Part shown: piece after piece, positions 51,052-64,000 of the stretch
Numbering within the stretch: position 1 is the first letter of the stretch
Layout: each line of letters begins with the position of its first letter
Source of the DNA: Amoebophrya sp. A120
Taxonomy: Eukaryota; Protista; Dinoflagellata
Direction: 5' to 3'
Assembly: GCA_905178155.1 (NCBI GenBank)
Contig: CAJINV010000002.1
Span: forward strand, 11,262,634 to 11,326,633
Length of the DNA: 64,000 nt
The notes under the pieces: model-generated
What the model saw: the letters and a program-made list of their open reading frames with translations, nothing else
Told to the model about the DNA's origin: nothing
Database searches by the model: none
Translations under genes and position numbers: made by a program

Positions 51052-52738
51052 TTATTCTTCGAGACGGAGACACTCCTCTTGCACATAGCGAAACGGGGAA
51101 AAGGTGCCAGTTGCGGTTCCTGCAATTGCAACACTATGACTACCCCGTGTCGAGTCGCGGTTGCTGGATATTGCTGGCCCTCGTGCCACAGCCCCAATCT
51201 CCTTGCTTACGAAGCCGGCGTCCGCGTCATGAGTATCCACTGCAGACTTTGTAGCAGCGCCTTCAGAGGAACTCGCTGCAAAGAGGTGTGTAAGCGACGA
51301 CTGCAATTCCGCAGCGCGGTTCAAAACTGACCAGGGTTTGGGCACGTCGTCCACTTTCTGCTGAACAGCCGCACTGCTTCCCGATTTCGTAGCTTCGTCG
51401 AGCTGAGCGCGTTGCCCGAACGCAGTGTCCGAGACCGCTCCCTTCGAGTTAGCGCGGTCACCCTCGGTAATGTGCCTGCATAATCAGTGAGTGTCACTTA
51501 TTACGACCTACTGTGCCAGTGCCACTGACATTTGCCAGATGTAGAATAAAACTGAGCCGCTGCCGTAGCATCATCTCCATCAACTTGCTAAAGCTTCTCT
51601 TCTTCAACAGCTACTATACGATCTTTTTTGCCACCATTTGGGGTTGAGCACGTAGTGTCGTCCGATCTACACCGAGTCACAAATGACTCGGAGGGACACG
51701 ACGATGATCGCGTCGGTTTGTGCTATTGCTATTGCTTGTGATTGGATTTCGAACAAAGACAAAGACAAACACTACAGCAATTATATACACTTGATCCGAT
51801 TCCGATGCAGCAGGAGGCACGACGGTGGTACCTGCGATTTCCTGACGCACCCCTTGCTTCTCACTGATCATCAGCAAGTCCGCGGAGGGTGGCGCAGCAC
51901 TTACTCCGCTGGTTTGGTAGTTTCCCGTAGTCATATTGAACTTGGCCGTACCCTCTGTTTTCGTAAGCGTGGAAGGACTTGGGGCATCTGCGTCAGCGTC
52001 TCCTCCCACGGCTCCTCCAGGAAACTGCTGTGGCGCACCAGCGCTCTGGGAGTCACTGGTGACATAGTGAGGCAGCTCTGTCAATCCTGTCGAAAAAAGC
52101 CAGCACAAGCTTTATTTCATTCGCATGTTTTTCGCACGTCTTTACTTTTCGTAAAAGTTGTCATATGCTTATGGACAAGCATGGGCTGCATGAAAAAAGT
52201 TTAGTGCCAGGCACAACGAAACTCTTTTGACACGTCGTACTAGTATGACCAATCGTCATAGACATTTACTTGGCGGCCTCCGGAGTGGTGCCCGGCAATA
52301 GCGATTTTTTATAGATTTCTTCTATATTTGCGCTTGCCTTGTACTTGGTTCATTTCCCTTTCGTGGTTTACACCAAGTGGCAGAAGTTCAAGGATGTAGC
52401 TTTTTGCTAGTAATTTTCTGCTCTGGTAGCGTCATTCCGTTGCCCTGATAGCCATGCGGCGTCTCCGTGTCCTCGTTGCCGAGCAATACACTGCACCGTT
52501 TTCCTCCAAAATTTGCATGGCAGACGCACACTCCCCTCCGCTGGTTGCACCATCCGTGCACGCACTTGCTCGCAGCCTCTTGCCCGCGGCAGTCATCCAC
52601 ATCTTCTCCGGAGCTCTGTGGTCCCGGCGGCAGTTGTCGTACCGACACTGCAGCAGTACTCTGGCCGCCACGCGCCAACGGGAAGGCGAAGACGTGGCAG
52701 ACAAGCAAGAGGAGAAGCATGCGGCTGCGGACCGACAT
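51052..52738 (-). CDS. Signal peptide + EGF domain + low-complexity exons; probably the N-terminus of the EGF-repeat gene
   Basis: MSVRSRMLLLLLVCHVFAFPLARG; CVHGWCNQRRGVCVCHANFGGKRC; ORFs 51677-52108 and 51052-51354. Confidence 0.65.
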
Positions 52739-53736
52739 ACTGATAAGGTGCAGGGCTACAGCAAGGGGCCGCCCGATTCTGCCAACCCGGGCACACAGGG
52801 CGGCGCCCACGATCGACGCAACATCGATCTTGAGAGTTGTAGCTCTGCTCACGCGACGCACATTTTAGCACAAGAGCACTATAGGTATTCCTTGTATGAT
52901 GTGCTGCAACTCCAACTGTTGAAAAGGAACGCGTCGCGTTGGCGATGGCGGTGATGAGTGTCCAGTAAAAAATCTTGAGGAGTTTATATTTAGTGAGTAT
53001 CACGCCGTCGAGTAGCAGCACAAATCCTTGGACTATTTCGGGCTCGGCCTCGCCTTCGGCTAACATCCAAATCAATGCAAATGAGTTTGTCGGTGACAAA
53101 TAGAGCACATTGTCGTTGCTGTCTGGTGTTCCCCTCGAGGACACCTACTGAACGTACTAGTCAAAATCGCTTCCTTGTTCCCGAGAAAGCCAAAAGCGAA
53201 AGGGGAAGTTTTATCTGGCCTCGGTTTCGCTACAAATCAATAACTTTCAGCACTATGGATGCATATGCTCGTTGCACCTGTTCTCCTGGTTTTGTAAAGA
53301 AGCTCAAAACAACTCTCGGTCGTCCCCTTTTTTTTCCGTTACGCTAAACAGGCTACGGCTAGCAATTTAGCAGCCAGCGCGATAGTTTTTTCAGGCAGTA
53401 TCTACGTCTACGTCGTAACACTGACCGAATTGGGTTGAAAACACAAATAGTCTGTACCTACTGAATATTGATATTGTGCTGTCCCTCCTAGCACTTCTTC
53501 GTATCGTTGTAGTCGTCGTTTTCAAACTCAATCTCATGAAAGAGGTATGTTATTTGTTCTATTCGATTTGTTTTGTGGAAAAGACGGATGGAGAAACGAC
53601 GAAACATCTGAAACCTTAAACGCTGGCAACCAATGCAAGCGGGGCGGCCTTCTCCAGTCGATGTGGGCGAAGGAATGGGCATGGAGGTCGTAGGCGAAGG
53701 TGAGAAAAAAAAGTAGATACGAAAGGATACTTGTAG

Positions 53737-55160
53737 TCACCGGCCCAAACAACAACCGGCAAGGGCGAGGGCAGTCAGGACGCTACCGGTCGTCCAAGGT
53801 TTCTCCGTCGCCGTGTCCGCAACGCCCCTCGCCGTGGTATATATGTATCCTCTGCAAAATTATCGCACTCGTATAAAGATATTAAACAGCAACCTTGCAA
53901 CATGAAAGGAGATTTGCTTTCCTATTCACCTATTCCCGAATCTGCATCATAAATTTTCCACTTCCAGTTCCACCTAAAGATATTATTCATTTTATACGAT
54001 ACCTGTACGATACTTCTGCAATGCATATCACTGTTGTAGCAACTGGGTCGGCTGCGCTACGGAGTGTATTACACAAGTTGCATTGACGGTGGCCTCTCCG
54101 GACGAGCTCCGACTGATTGCTTCCAGCTTGCATGAATGCGCTTCCAGAAGTAGCCGCAGGACTTCCAGAAGACGTGGAAGCGGAGGCCGCAGCGCACATT
54201 GCACAGTTCCACTGCTGCGGATTCAAGCGCGCACCAGTGTCAGCGACCTGAGCGGCGCATTGTGGCGGCAATTCGTCGCTGCTGTCAATGTATCCATCTC
54301 CATTCGTGTCCAGCCTGACAAACGCGATCGCCGCTAGGATGCCGATTGTGGGGTCACTGTCCATCAATGCCTTTGTCCTTGTCCACGTATTCCCCTCGGT
54401 CGCCTTCCACAAACGCCGCAGCGATTTTCTTGTCCAGGTCTTTTTGCTTCTTGGCACGATCCTCGCTTGCTGCAGTCGGACCCCCCTCGTCCGATTCGGA
54501 CTTTACCACCAGGTCCTCGTAAGCGTACAAATCCTCGACGCTCCCGGTGTAAATCTTGCGCAGGTCGAGTGCCGGAGCAGCGGATGCAGTGCTTATTTCC
54601 GACGCGGCAACGTCCGCGGTGAAGGAGGGCCCGCTTTGCTGCAACGCATCTCCAGAGGTCGTAGTAGGTCCGGATGGAGGAGCTGGAGCTGCTCCCGATG
54701 AATCCACAGGCGCGATTTCCAGCGCAGACAGCTTGGCAGCCAGAACCGCACCAGCGGAGGTTGCTCCTGCTTCCTCCGCACCTGCAGCGGTTGCCCCACT
54801 GTATTCAGACACATCAAGACCCTGCTGACCACCGTCCTGCGTCACTGCGATGGCATTCGTTATCCCTGCTGGAACGACACCAGCTTGGTCTACGTAAAGA
54901 GAACCTCGCAGATGGGGGAGCGTGACGTCCGTGCCCGCGTTCCCGGTCTCCACGGCCCCGGCGGTCCCACCGGAGCTAGCCGGTTGCCCCTCCTCCGTGG
55001 TGGGGTCATCAATGCGGTTGCGCTGGAACTGCTTGTTGGCCGAAATAAGATAGCTCAAATGATGGAACGCAAAAAGATAGGCGTGCATTGCAAAGCTCAG
55101 AGTGTTGCTACAGCTGGCTTTCGCCAGTGCCTTCCGCTGTTGTCGCGCCGTCATCATCAA
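53737..55160 (-). CDS. EF-hand-containing Ala/Gly-rich protein with hydrophobic C-terminus
   Basis: Canonical loop AFVRLDTNGDGYIDSSDEL; inferred C-terminus TGSVLTALALAGCCLGR*. Confidence 0.7.
53846..54027. mobile_element. Diverged family A introner (182 bp), TSD lost
   Basis: TATCCTCTGCAAAATTATCGCACTCG...CGATACTTCTGCAATGCATA; join ATTV-YTTARG. Confidence 0.8.
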
Positions 55161-56033
55161 TTTAAGGGGTGCGTAATCCGCGGCGTGCTGCTCTCAATCG
55201 TCCTTCATCTGCTTGACACCAAAGCGGACGTGGGTCTTCGCCGACGACGCGCGAGACGTCCCCGCCTACCCTGGTCGTCCTCGACGTAGTAGCTCGCTTC
55301 GCACTTTTTCTAGACGACGGAAACTGCGGTATTATCGCAGCAAGATTGAATCAGATAGCCCCAACGTCCCCGGGAACGAGGGCTCTCTTGAGATACCTTG
55401 CAGAGCGCGCGCCTTTGCGGCCCTATCCACTGCGCTGCAGAAACTCTCAGCACCGGCAGTCGGCCAACCGCGGCCTCCCGGTTCACATATAATAAATGTA
55501 GCACAAGGACTATTACTTGCTCCTGACAGTGTGAGAAGAGAGAGAGCACAATTAATTGACACGAAGCGGTGGACTCGCAACGCACCTCCAAGGAAGTGGC
55601 CGGGCACAAACAACGCACCAATGAACTCGCAAAAATCTTAGTCTTATGTGTATCAAATAATGCAAACCCAAACACCCATGGCAGGAGTTCCTGATCCGAT
55701 TGCAGCTACTACATCTTGTTCAATTAAATGAAAATGAATCACATTACCTCTCACTTCGTCGCTCGTCTCATTGGAATCTCTAGAACATGATGTGCATTGA
55801 TATTGTTGAGGAGCGTAGCGCTCCGTGCGTGGCGCGCAGTGCATCAAGATCAAACCATACCACTCCTACTTGTTTTTTGCTGCAGCAGATAACGGTAGCT
55901 TGATGCAGCACGATTGCACTGTGCCTAGGCTTGCAATTCAGGTGGAGGTAGCCTCAGGATACCATCAAATGCAGCGTTAGAAGCGATTCCGATTTTTTAC
56001 ATATTGAATCTTAATAAGTTAAAAAAGTTTGTC

Positions 56034-59000
56034 TTATCTACTCGGTGCACTTACTCCTAAAGACTGCTCGTCAAGAGCATCAGCATGGGCTGACGGAGTG
56101 GTACTAGAGGTCGCGGTCGAGGTCGGCGAGATCATGATCTCTGGCCCTGTGCCTGATCCGGGAGGTGCGGACTTGGGGTTGCGCACAAAATCGACTACCC
56201 CTTCGTACCAGAAATGCGTTCCCACCTCCATCAGACTGTGCCCATCAGGTCCAATGATCGCAGTGCGGTCCCCGAAGTGCACCGTCCCCAGGTTGCTCCG
56301 CTCGTAGAAAACTCTCTTCGGGGACCGCACAGTCTGGTTGGACCCATTCGTGCCCTCGCTGTGCGCCCCGGTCGAGGCCCGACGCGAGTTTTTCTTGTTG
56401 CCACGGGTACTCGAACTCATGCCTCCGATCCGCCCTCCAGGAAGCAGTGCGGTCTTGTTCACCGCGTCCCCGTCTGGGAGGTGCTGCATCTCCAAGTCTC
56501 CAAAAAGGTTCGTATCAGGGTTCACGTTTATCCTGCGCAAAAGCAAAAGCATCAACGTACGCACATTGCTTCTATCTTGCTCTGTTGCTGTTCGCAATCA
56601 TTTCATTGCATGACAAGCATGCTTTCGCTTCCCCTTCGCTTCCACATCCTTTCATCATCTACTAGCATCACAAGAGCATCAACATTCTACTGCCAAATAC
56701 AGTTGAGGATGCAAAGACAAAGATCATACAGTTGCGTCTCCGTTACTTTTGCAGCGCATACCGTCATCACTTGAACCGAGCCCAAAATGCTCCAGGTTGT
56801 CCCGCGGAAAAGCCGCAGACATTGCCAAGGGAGACTCGCCGTACATCTGCTCATCCTCGCCGTCCTCGTCTACGCCATCTGCATCCAGATATGAGAGTGT
56901 CACGCCTGGGAGACTGTCGTCCTCCTCTGGAACGGTATACAAACACTAAAGACTTTGACTGTGCCGCACATGGGAGTGTAAGAGCAAGAGCTTCTTTCTT
57001 GCATCACAAAGAAACATCAGGTTCAGGGGAGCGATCATAGGAACGAACTATTACAAACAAAAAGAGAGCCGATGAAATCAATCGGTGAAGTTCCTCTACT
57101 GTTGGAATGCTGGGAGTAAATCCACCAAAAATAGATACCTCACAGCCTGTCCCCGACGACCAGGATGCAGCAAAATCTGTCTGTCATGCTCATGCATCGG
57201 CATTGCTGCCGCTTTCCGCAACAGGAATCGAGGACGCCATCATGACAAGAGTATTCGTCAATGAAGCAAGACAAATAGAAATAGGTTCCAGTTCGACTTT
57301 CGCAGAATCCAGCTATGATTGCTTTTCTTTCGTATCACATTGCGCAGTGTCAGCATTGAACACGGGCTCAACGTCTTCACAGCGGCACACCCAGAAAGCA
57401 GAGAGATAAACTGTTGTAAAAAGTTTCATACCTCCCTATCGATATCTTCTGTCAAAATGCTGAGTATACGCATCTTGATATCTATCATATTGCATCAACA
57501 TCACCAGCGTCATCAAATACTGGTGATTTCGTGGTCTTCCTATCTCGAACCATCGAAAAACAGGTACAAAGGTACGTTCCCAGATGAAATCTAGCCGCGC
57601 ATCGCTGGATCATTTCTAAACAAATGTAAAAAAGTAAATCTCCGTACCCCATAAAGCGGCGAAGGAGCTGATTGCTCGGTCATTTCTTCCAGCTGTCGTG
57701 CGTGATCATTGCCAGTACGGTTGCCGAGGTCATCTCGATCTCCTTCATCTCTGACCTCCGGCTTGGTGATTGTGATACTCTCTGCAGAATTGTCTTTGTC
57801 CACCTTCATGTCACACGTATCAACACGGAGAAGACCGCTGCTTCACCTGTTACTTTTGCCTCACTAGTACAAGGATCAACTTTGGAGCACCGTCTCCTCA
57901 TACAGACTTGTATTCGCTTTTTCGTTCAAGTAGGGAACCAGGCACTGCAACTCGTTTTTATTTTTCTCGTGCGCCTCCGCTTGGCCTTCGTCGCGCTGTA
58001 TGAATGTGTACAACAAGCCATGCGTTTTATATTATCCTAGCACTAGAACTAGCGTAAGGGTAAGCGTCAGGAACAGGATTGTACGGAGCATAATTTTCCT
58101 GCAGGACCCACCAACGTACGACTGCGCCATTGAGCAGGAGAAGTATTTCGTCGGCACAGCGGTTCTGCGTAGTTCCTCTCTTGGCACCTCGCGTCGTGGC
58201 ATCAGGAGAACCAGGACCCGAAACCGTGTCTGAGTTATTTACTTTCATCGTCGAATGTACACTCGGAAGATCTTGCTCGACCCACAGTGGACAGCCGTGC
58301 AGCAGCATCACTACGTCTCCTTTTCGCAAGGGCCGCAGCTCCGCCTCGATGCTGCTTTCCTTCTCCTTGGAATGCGCAATGACCTTCGTGGTGGTCCCCG
58401 GCGACGAGGTATTTCTCTCTGATCCCGATACTACGGCTTGCACGTTATAATTCGCAGGTGACACAACATCCGAATTCAGCGCCGCTTCTTCCCTTTCGCT
58501 CGTGGGGTCGCTGGACGAGCTGCTTGCTGTCCTGTCAGAGGATCCCCCCACGAGAGCCGATGTGCACAAAGTCCACGACTCTGTGTCCACTCCGAAGAGC
58601 ATCACGCAGAAAACATGACTCCGTGGAATCTAGCTTGTTTCATCTGTTTCTCCATTTCATGATAATTTATCACTGTCCCGAAGACAAGATGCAAGTCCTA
58701 GTCCACAGCGAGAAGTACCAAAACACGTGGCCTGTGCGCAAATCACTGAGCCTCAACGACATTCCATACTTGTCAGGTCCGATTTCGGGAATTTCTATTT
58801 GCGATTGGGCTTGCCATTTTCGCGTGCAGACAAAGTAAATGTATGGTCCTCGTATTTTCTGCAGGATAAAATCCACCTGCTCGCGCTTGTTTTTTCCGAA
58901 TCCGAATCTTAGACCCATCATGCTTCCGCTTTTGTTTGATGGTGACGCTACGACCTCGAACTGAATCTGGCGAAATACCCACTTCTCCTCGTCGTAATCA

Positions 59001-59050
59001 TGCAGCTTGTCGCACAGTTCAGGACCGCTAAAATAGTCCAGGCTGTCCAC
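56034..59050 (-). CDS. Multi-exon protein of unknown function; possible divergent SH3-like segment
   Basis: ORFs 58670-59050, 58027-58605 (ELRPLRKGDVVMLL...WWVLQENY), 57591-57809, 56724-56942 and 56034-56597. Confidence 0.55.
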
Positions 59051-60252
59051 CGATCCTCTGGAAAAGATCTTGCACCGTCTTTGCGATCACCTAAACTACC
59101 TACAATAGCTGTAAGTAATATGTCAGAATGTGAATGATACTAGGAAGGTCTCGAGCGTATTTCTATTTTGGGGTCGAGCGTACTTCTAATGCAACATCTG
59201 CATGATCTGCCCGCTCTATTATACTACACCAGTTTACACCAGCAAGAAACTATGGGGTCGTCAACGTTGTATTTGCCTCAGACCGTAAAAAAAATTCTTC
59301 GCGCATTTTTTCGCGGCGCAAAGCTAGTAAACCTGTGCACGCTAGTGAGGGGCTGACTTGAACGCGGTTTGTTTTACCTAGCTTGTCAGCAACACTGCTC
59401 CAGTAGGTAAGTGAGTATTGACGCGAAGGGGGGCGGGGCGCTGGGGGTTCTTCTGTGGCTGATGTTTCCACCTAGAAAACGCCGGGCGCGCGCAATATTT
59501 TTCTCATTTTTCCGGATTGCTCTCTCCGTGCAGCTATTTGCCGCTATGGCCTGGGTCAGCGTGTGAGGCTGGAAACGCCCCGCGAGATGTCTACACAGGC
59601 CCTGGCCTCGTCGTCTCTAGCAGGCACCACGCACACATGTTGGCCGCGAAGGCCTTTCCGGAGCCCTTCCAAAAAGGGGGAGCCGGAGGGGTGCCCGGAA
59701 CCCTAAAAAAAAGCCTATTGCTTTTTCTTCGAATCACGATGGTGCTACCCCTCCCCAAAAGGGGTCCCGGAACCCCTCTGGGAACCCTTCCCGAAAGGCT
59801 CTCGGGCTTTTCGCATTTTGCCGAAAAAGCCGCAAAGGCAAAATGCGCGCGCGCCTGCCGGTACACGCGTGCACAGCTGCGCGACATTAGAAACAAGGGG
59901 AGGCGCAGCCGCGGCCGATTCCGTTTGCGCCCTCGACTCCGACCGACTTGCACAGATTGAGGCCCATTGTCTAGCGGCTGGACTGCAAGAGGACCTGCTG
60001 CAGCACCTCCTGGCTGCAGGGGCGCTCCGAGGCAAGTCCGTGGAGCAGCAGCGCCGGATAGCTCCGTCTTTAGCCACTGAGAAGCGCTGCGAATAGGCTA
60101 GCGATTTCATTAGGTGTGCAACATAGTGGGGGGCTATACGTGTGCAACATGATGGATATCAAATACAAAAAAAGGCGCGCGGAAAATTTTTTACAGCTTG
60201 AGGCAAATACAAGTTTGACGACGCCATAGAAACCTCGCGTCCAGCAACAGCA

Positions 60253-63200
60253 TCAGCAGACAAAATTTCCTCTTTGAAAAACACAGCAAAGCGCCCGATG
60301 ATTCAAATTCTTTCGTACACAAGCAATGCATTTTGTGTGTGCGTGAGCGATGCTTTTCACTTTTGCAGTGCGTACCACCGTGAAAATGGAAAACGCGCTG
60401 CCATCCAGGCCTCCGCCGCTTGGACTTTGTGTACTCCCTGCGCCGGACGGTGAGGCAACTGATTTTTTTTCGTTGCTCGAATGCCTTTCGCTGCTTCCTG
60501 CGCTCGTCACATGGTCCGCTACCTCTGTTTCTGGCCCACTGGTGGTCGCGGTAGATCTGGTGGCTCCCGTTCCAGCAGTAGAGGCAGCTTCTACGTCTTG
60601 TTGCGCGGTGAATTTCTGTATTGACGCCGTTTGCAGCGGTGTCACCACTTCGGTGGTTTTCTTCGCAGCGATGCTTCCGTCCTGATCTACCGATTCCTGC
60701 TTTACTGCAAGGGGTGACGCGGAAGAGCTTTTTTGCTCGCCCTCGCCCGCAGCTTGGCTTGCATTGGGGCTCGCAGGGGATCTACTTCCCGAAGGACTCG
60801 TCGTCTGGTGAACAAACGAGAAAGGGGTATCCTGTGCAAAAGTATCGCACTCGTAGTAATCGCAATCATGCATTACAAATCTCCATCCCAAGGCAAAACA
60901 GCATGACAAATTCCATTTGTCGTGCTGAGCTAATTTGTATTGCAATTACTACTAGTACGATAGTTTTGCAGTTCATAAGGGGTTACCTCCAACAAGTCGT
61001 GGCCCTCCTCGACTGGAATCTCGGATGATATTACGCTTTTGGTTTTTTCGTCAACTGCATCGAATGCAAAAAACGTTATGTTCTGAACAAGAGTCAGCAA
61101 GTTCCACACACCGCTTTTTGAATGCCTGGTTGCTGTGAAGTGTGTGCCTGAGCTTGAGCGTCGTGAATCATGATCATGGAGCATGCATCTTTACGGGTTT
61201 CGCGAGCGCACCTCACTCCGTCGGAATCATGCCCCTCTGGCACGAGAAGCTCGGCGTTTGAACAAATTAAACCATGGCACGACTCCTGCTGCGATTCATG
61301 CGTGAATACAATAGAAAGAAGATGAGCAGCTTCTTAATGTCCCTTTGTCTTGTATAAATAAACAGACGTTGACGTTCTACTTTTTAGCTGCGACTTCAAT
61401 GGTTCACCTGTTATCAGTGAAAGCACTGCCACACTACCCAGACACGTTTTGCAAATTCGGCGTGGATAACCCGGGTCGTTGATGGCCGGCCCCTGCTCGG
61501 TCGTGGGCGTATTCGATTTCGAGCCGGACGTCTCGAAGGACAGGGTTACGGAATCCGAAATGATGTCAACGTCAAACAGGTCGGCATCGAGGGAGGACTC
61601 AAACTTCAGCTCGTGCTGCTGTTTGCAACTCCTCCCTTGCATAGAGGTCGACGACGAGGGGGAAGAGCTTGTGGGTGCGGTCGGGTCGAAACTAGGATGG
61701 TGGTCCCCAGCGGACTGCCCGGCGGACTGGAGCAGCTTTCGCGAAAAGGTGTTTCTGTCGTTGCTCTGTTGCAGGTAGGCCCGGCTCGCCTCCGAGGGCG
61801 CGAAGCCCCCGAAGTATTCTTGCATACTGCCATTCTGCTGCTGGCGCTGAAGCATACCCCCTCGTTCGGACGTTGCGACTCCGCCGCCGACTCCCCCCGT
61901 ATGCATTGCAAAAGTATCGTACTAGTACAAATTGCATTACAAATTCTTTCAGAAAGAAAAATGAAATTTGTATTGCTAATTCAGGTAAAAAGGTAGGTTT
62001 GTCATGCAAGATTACAATTAGTACGAGTACGATACTTTTGCACAGGATACCCCGACGGAGACTTCGATGTCCGCAACCCGGGAAATCGGATCTCGTCCTC
62101 CAGGTCAAAGCGAAACAAGTCGGCGGTCCCTGGCATATGGAACGTTAATACTCAGGCGGAATTTTCTGTATCCTGATGAACAGTCTTTCGACGATGCGTT
62201 CTTTTCGCTTCAATTTGTATGTATCAAAATCGTATTTCTACTTCCGACCCTTTGAGCCTCTTGAAGATGAGAAGCTGCGTCGTTGCGCCACGAACAAACC
62301 TGTTCCGCCGATAAGTACAGCGAAAAGCACCAGCTGGCGCTTTTGTTTCTCCTCGCATGATCTGCAAAAAAACTGCTCGAGCAAGTTAATAATTTGCTTC
62401 GAATCGAACGGCAAAGATCGCCATTTGCTGCTCAAATAAACATATATCCGATTTGACAAGGGTAGGGCGAAAAGAGGTACGTCCAACCAGGGTCGTGTGT
62501 AAGTGTGATCGTTACCGATCGGTGAAGAGAGCCTGCATGCCAGATTTTTACTAGGAACATCTCTTTCGTTCACATCAAAATGAAATTCCCACCACCTGAA
62601 GATGTTTTGATACGGTGCGAAAAAATCATCCTGGTCGTGTTCATCCATTCCGTCAAGGCACGCAAAAGGGTCCTGGTCCAGCACTTTTGGGAAAAAAGAG
62701 GAATCATCTTCCTGCAAAGTCCCCGCCTCCCTGGAGGACGAGGCGGTACCAATACCACCGTGACCGAATCTGCCAGGTGGAGGTGGTGCGTCGGTCTTGA
62801 ATCCAAAATCGAAGTTCGGCTCTGCATCAAAAGGGTCGCTGCCAGGAGCCGCTCCCGCGACGTCCAAGGTGGGAAACAAAGCGTCCTCCTCCTGCGCGTC
62901 AAAAGTGGCGAAGTCCTCGACTTGTTCTGCCGTGGGAAAGGCTGCAAAGTCAATGCTATCTCCCGTCTCATCCTCGACACTAAAATTCATAGCGCCATCT
63001 AATGCAGCATCACTGCCCACAACTACGCCAAGGCCAGAGGGAGGATTTTTGCCCTCGTTCTGCTGGTGTTCGTCGGCTGTTGCAGTTTCCGAAGGCATGG
63101 CGGGAGCGGCAGGAATATTGAACGTGGCGGAAAATAAATCATCAGCATTGTTCGTATCGGACTGGCAAGTGGATGAGGTGAATGTATCCTCGTCCGATTT

Positions 63201-63272
63201 TTCATCTGCAAGCGCACCAGACGGCCAAGATCCGGCGCCGTGGCCGCCCTGAGGAGCTCCTTGTCCACTCAT
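60253..63272 (-). CDS. Acidic, Asp-Phe/DPF-rich N-terminus plus Ser-rich exons; may continue into the 56-59 kb gene
   Basis: ORFs 62238-63272, 61334-61906, 60930-61184 and 60253-60945; two junctions restored by introner removal. Confidence 0.65.
60828..60977. mobile_element. Introner, family A (150 bp), TSD AGGGG
   Basis: TATCCTGTGCAAAAGTATCG...CGATAGTTTTGCAGTTCATA; join EVTP-FSFVHQ. Confidence 0.93.
61900..62049. mobile_element. Introner, family A (150 bp), reverse orientation, TSD CCCCG
   Basis: TATGCATTGCAAAAGTATCGTACT...AGTACGATACTTTTGCACAGGATA; join SPSG-GVGGG. Confidence 0.93.
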
Positions 63273-64000
63273 CGAAGGACTTCCGAGGAAGCAGTGGAAA
63301 GTGTTGCTTTTCTCAGTTATTTGCTTTCGTATGTGATGAGGATTTCAGACATAGAAGATCTTGTCCAGGTGAAAATAATTTATACCGAATTTTTAATTTA
63401 TTAAACTTCAGAAGAAAGCGTGGTGCGCCTCGCTTGAAAGATGATAAAAGAGACTTCTAAGTATGCGTACAATGAAGGAAAGCTCCAGTGGCCCTGGCAC
63501 TGGTGTCCGTGCAGCACAGCCTACCTGATAAGCATAGAAGGCGTGGCCGCGGAAGCAGGCCGCAATACAACTATGCCGCCTGACCAAGAGGTGATGCTTC
63601 CGTTGTGCCCAAGAGCAAGACTGAGTCTGAGCCTGACCATGATCTCGATCAAATGAAAAAAGGTATATCTGACTACAAGAGCCTAGAAATCTACGAGGGG
63701 CCCCTTCCATCATATATTGAGCGATACCGCGAACATCAAAGCTTCTATTTTATGTGTAGTCGTCATTGCACTGCGTACACACAAACAAAGAAGCTGCTGG
63801 GAATAAAGATGAACATAAAGAGAACGACAATAAATATAACGAAGAAGCATCTTCATCAGTTCGAGCGGCCGCGTAATCTTGTTGGGTCTAAACCTTGTCA
63901 TTTGCTTTTGGGACCTATTGCATTTGGAGCTCCCACCCAGCACTTGCCTTATTTTTCGAACTAGCTAGACCGCGAGGGAGAAAAAGGGTTTTTTTTACTG

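Overview
Eukaryotic genomic DNA. About 15 intron-containing genes all lie on the minus strand, many of them for secreted or adhesin-like proteins (PAN/apple, EGF/tenascin-like, F5/8C-like lectin, EF-hand, and four paralogs of an unrecognised Cys-rich domain). An ~8 kb non-coding mosaic repeat island occupies 5.7-13.1 kb. The dominant feature is a population of non-canonical, transposon-derived introns (introners): 150-560 bp elements with TAT...ATA termini, terminal inverted repeats (TIRs) of several families and 5-bp target-site duplications (TSDs). Removing element+5 nt restores the reading frame; the nearby GT-AG sites checked do not. This resembles the introners reported for the syndinean parasite Amoebophrya, so the host is inferred to be Amoebophrya-like. 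Beyond that, the window shows (i) removal in either orientation, (ii) a fixed splice register deducible from decayed TSDs (intron = N-TAT...ATA-NNNN), and (iii) a 1165-bp perfect-TIR relative of the youngest family. All exon joins are my manual inference without RNA data; gene starts are approximate.
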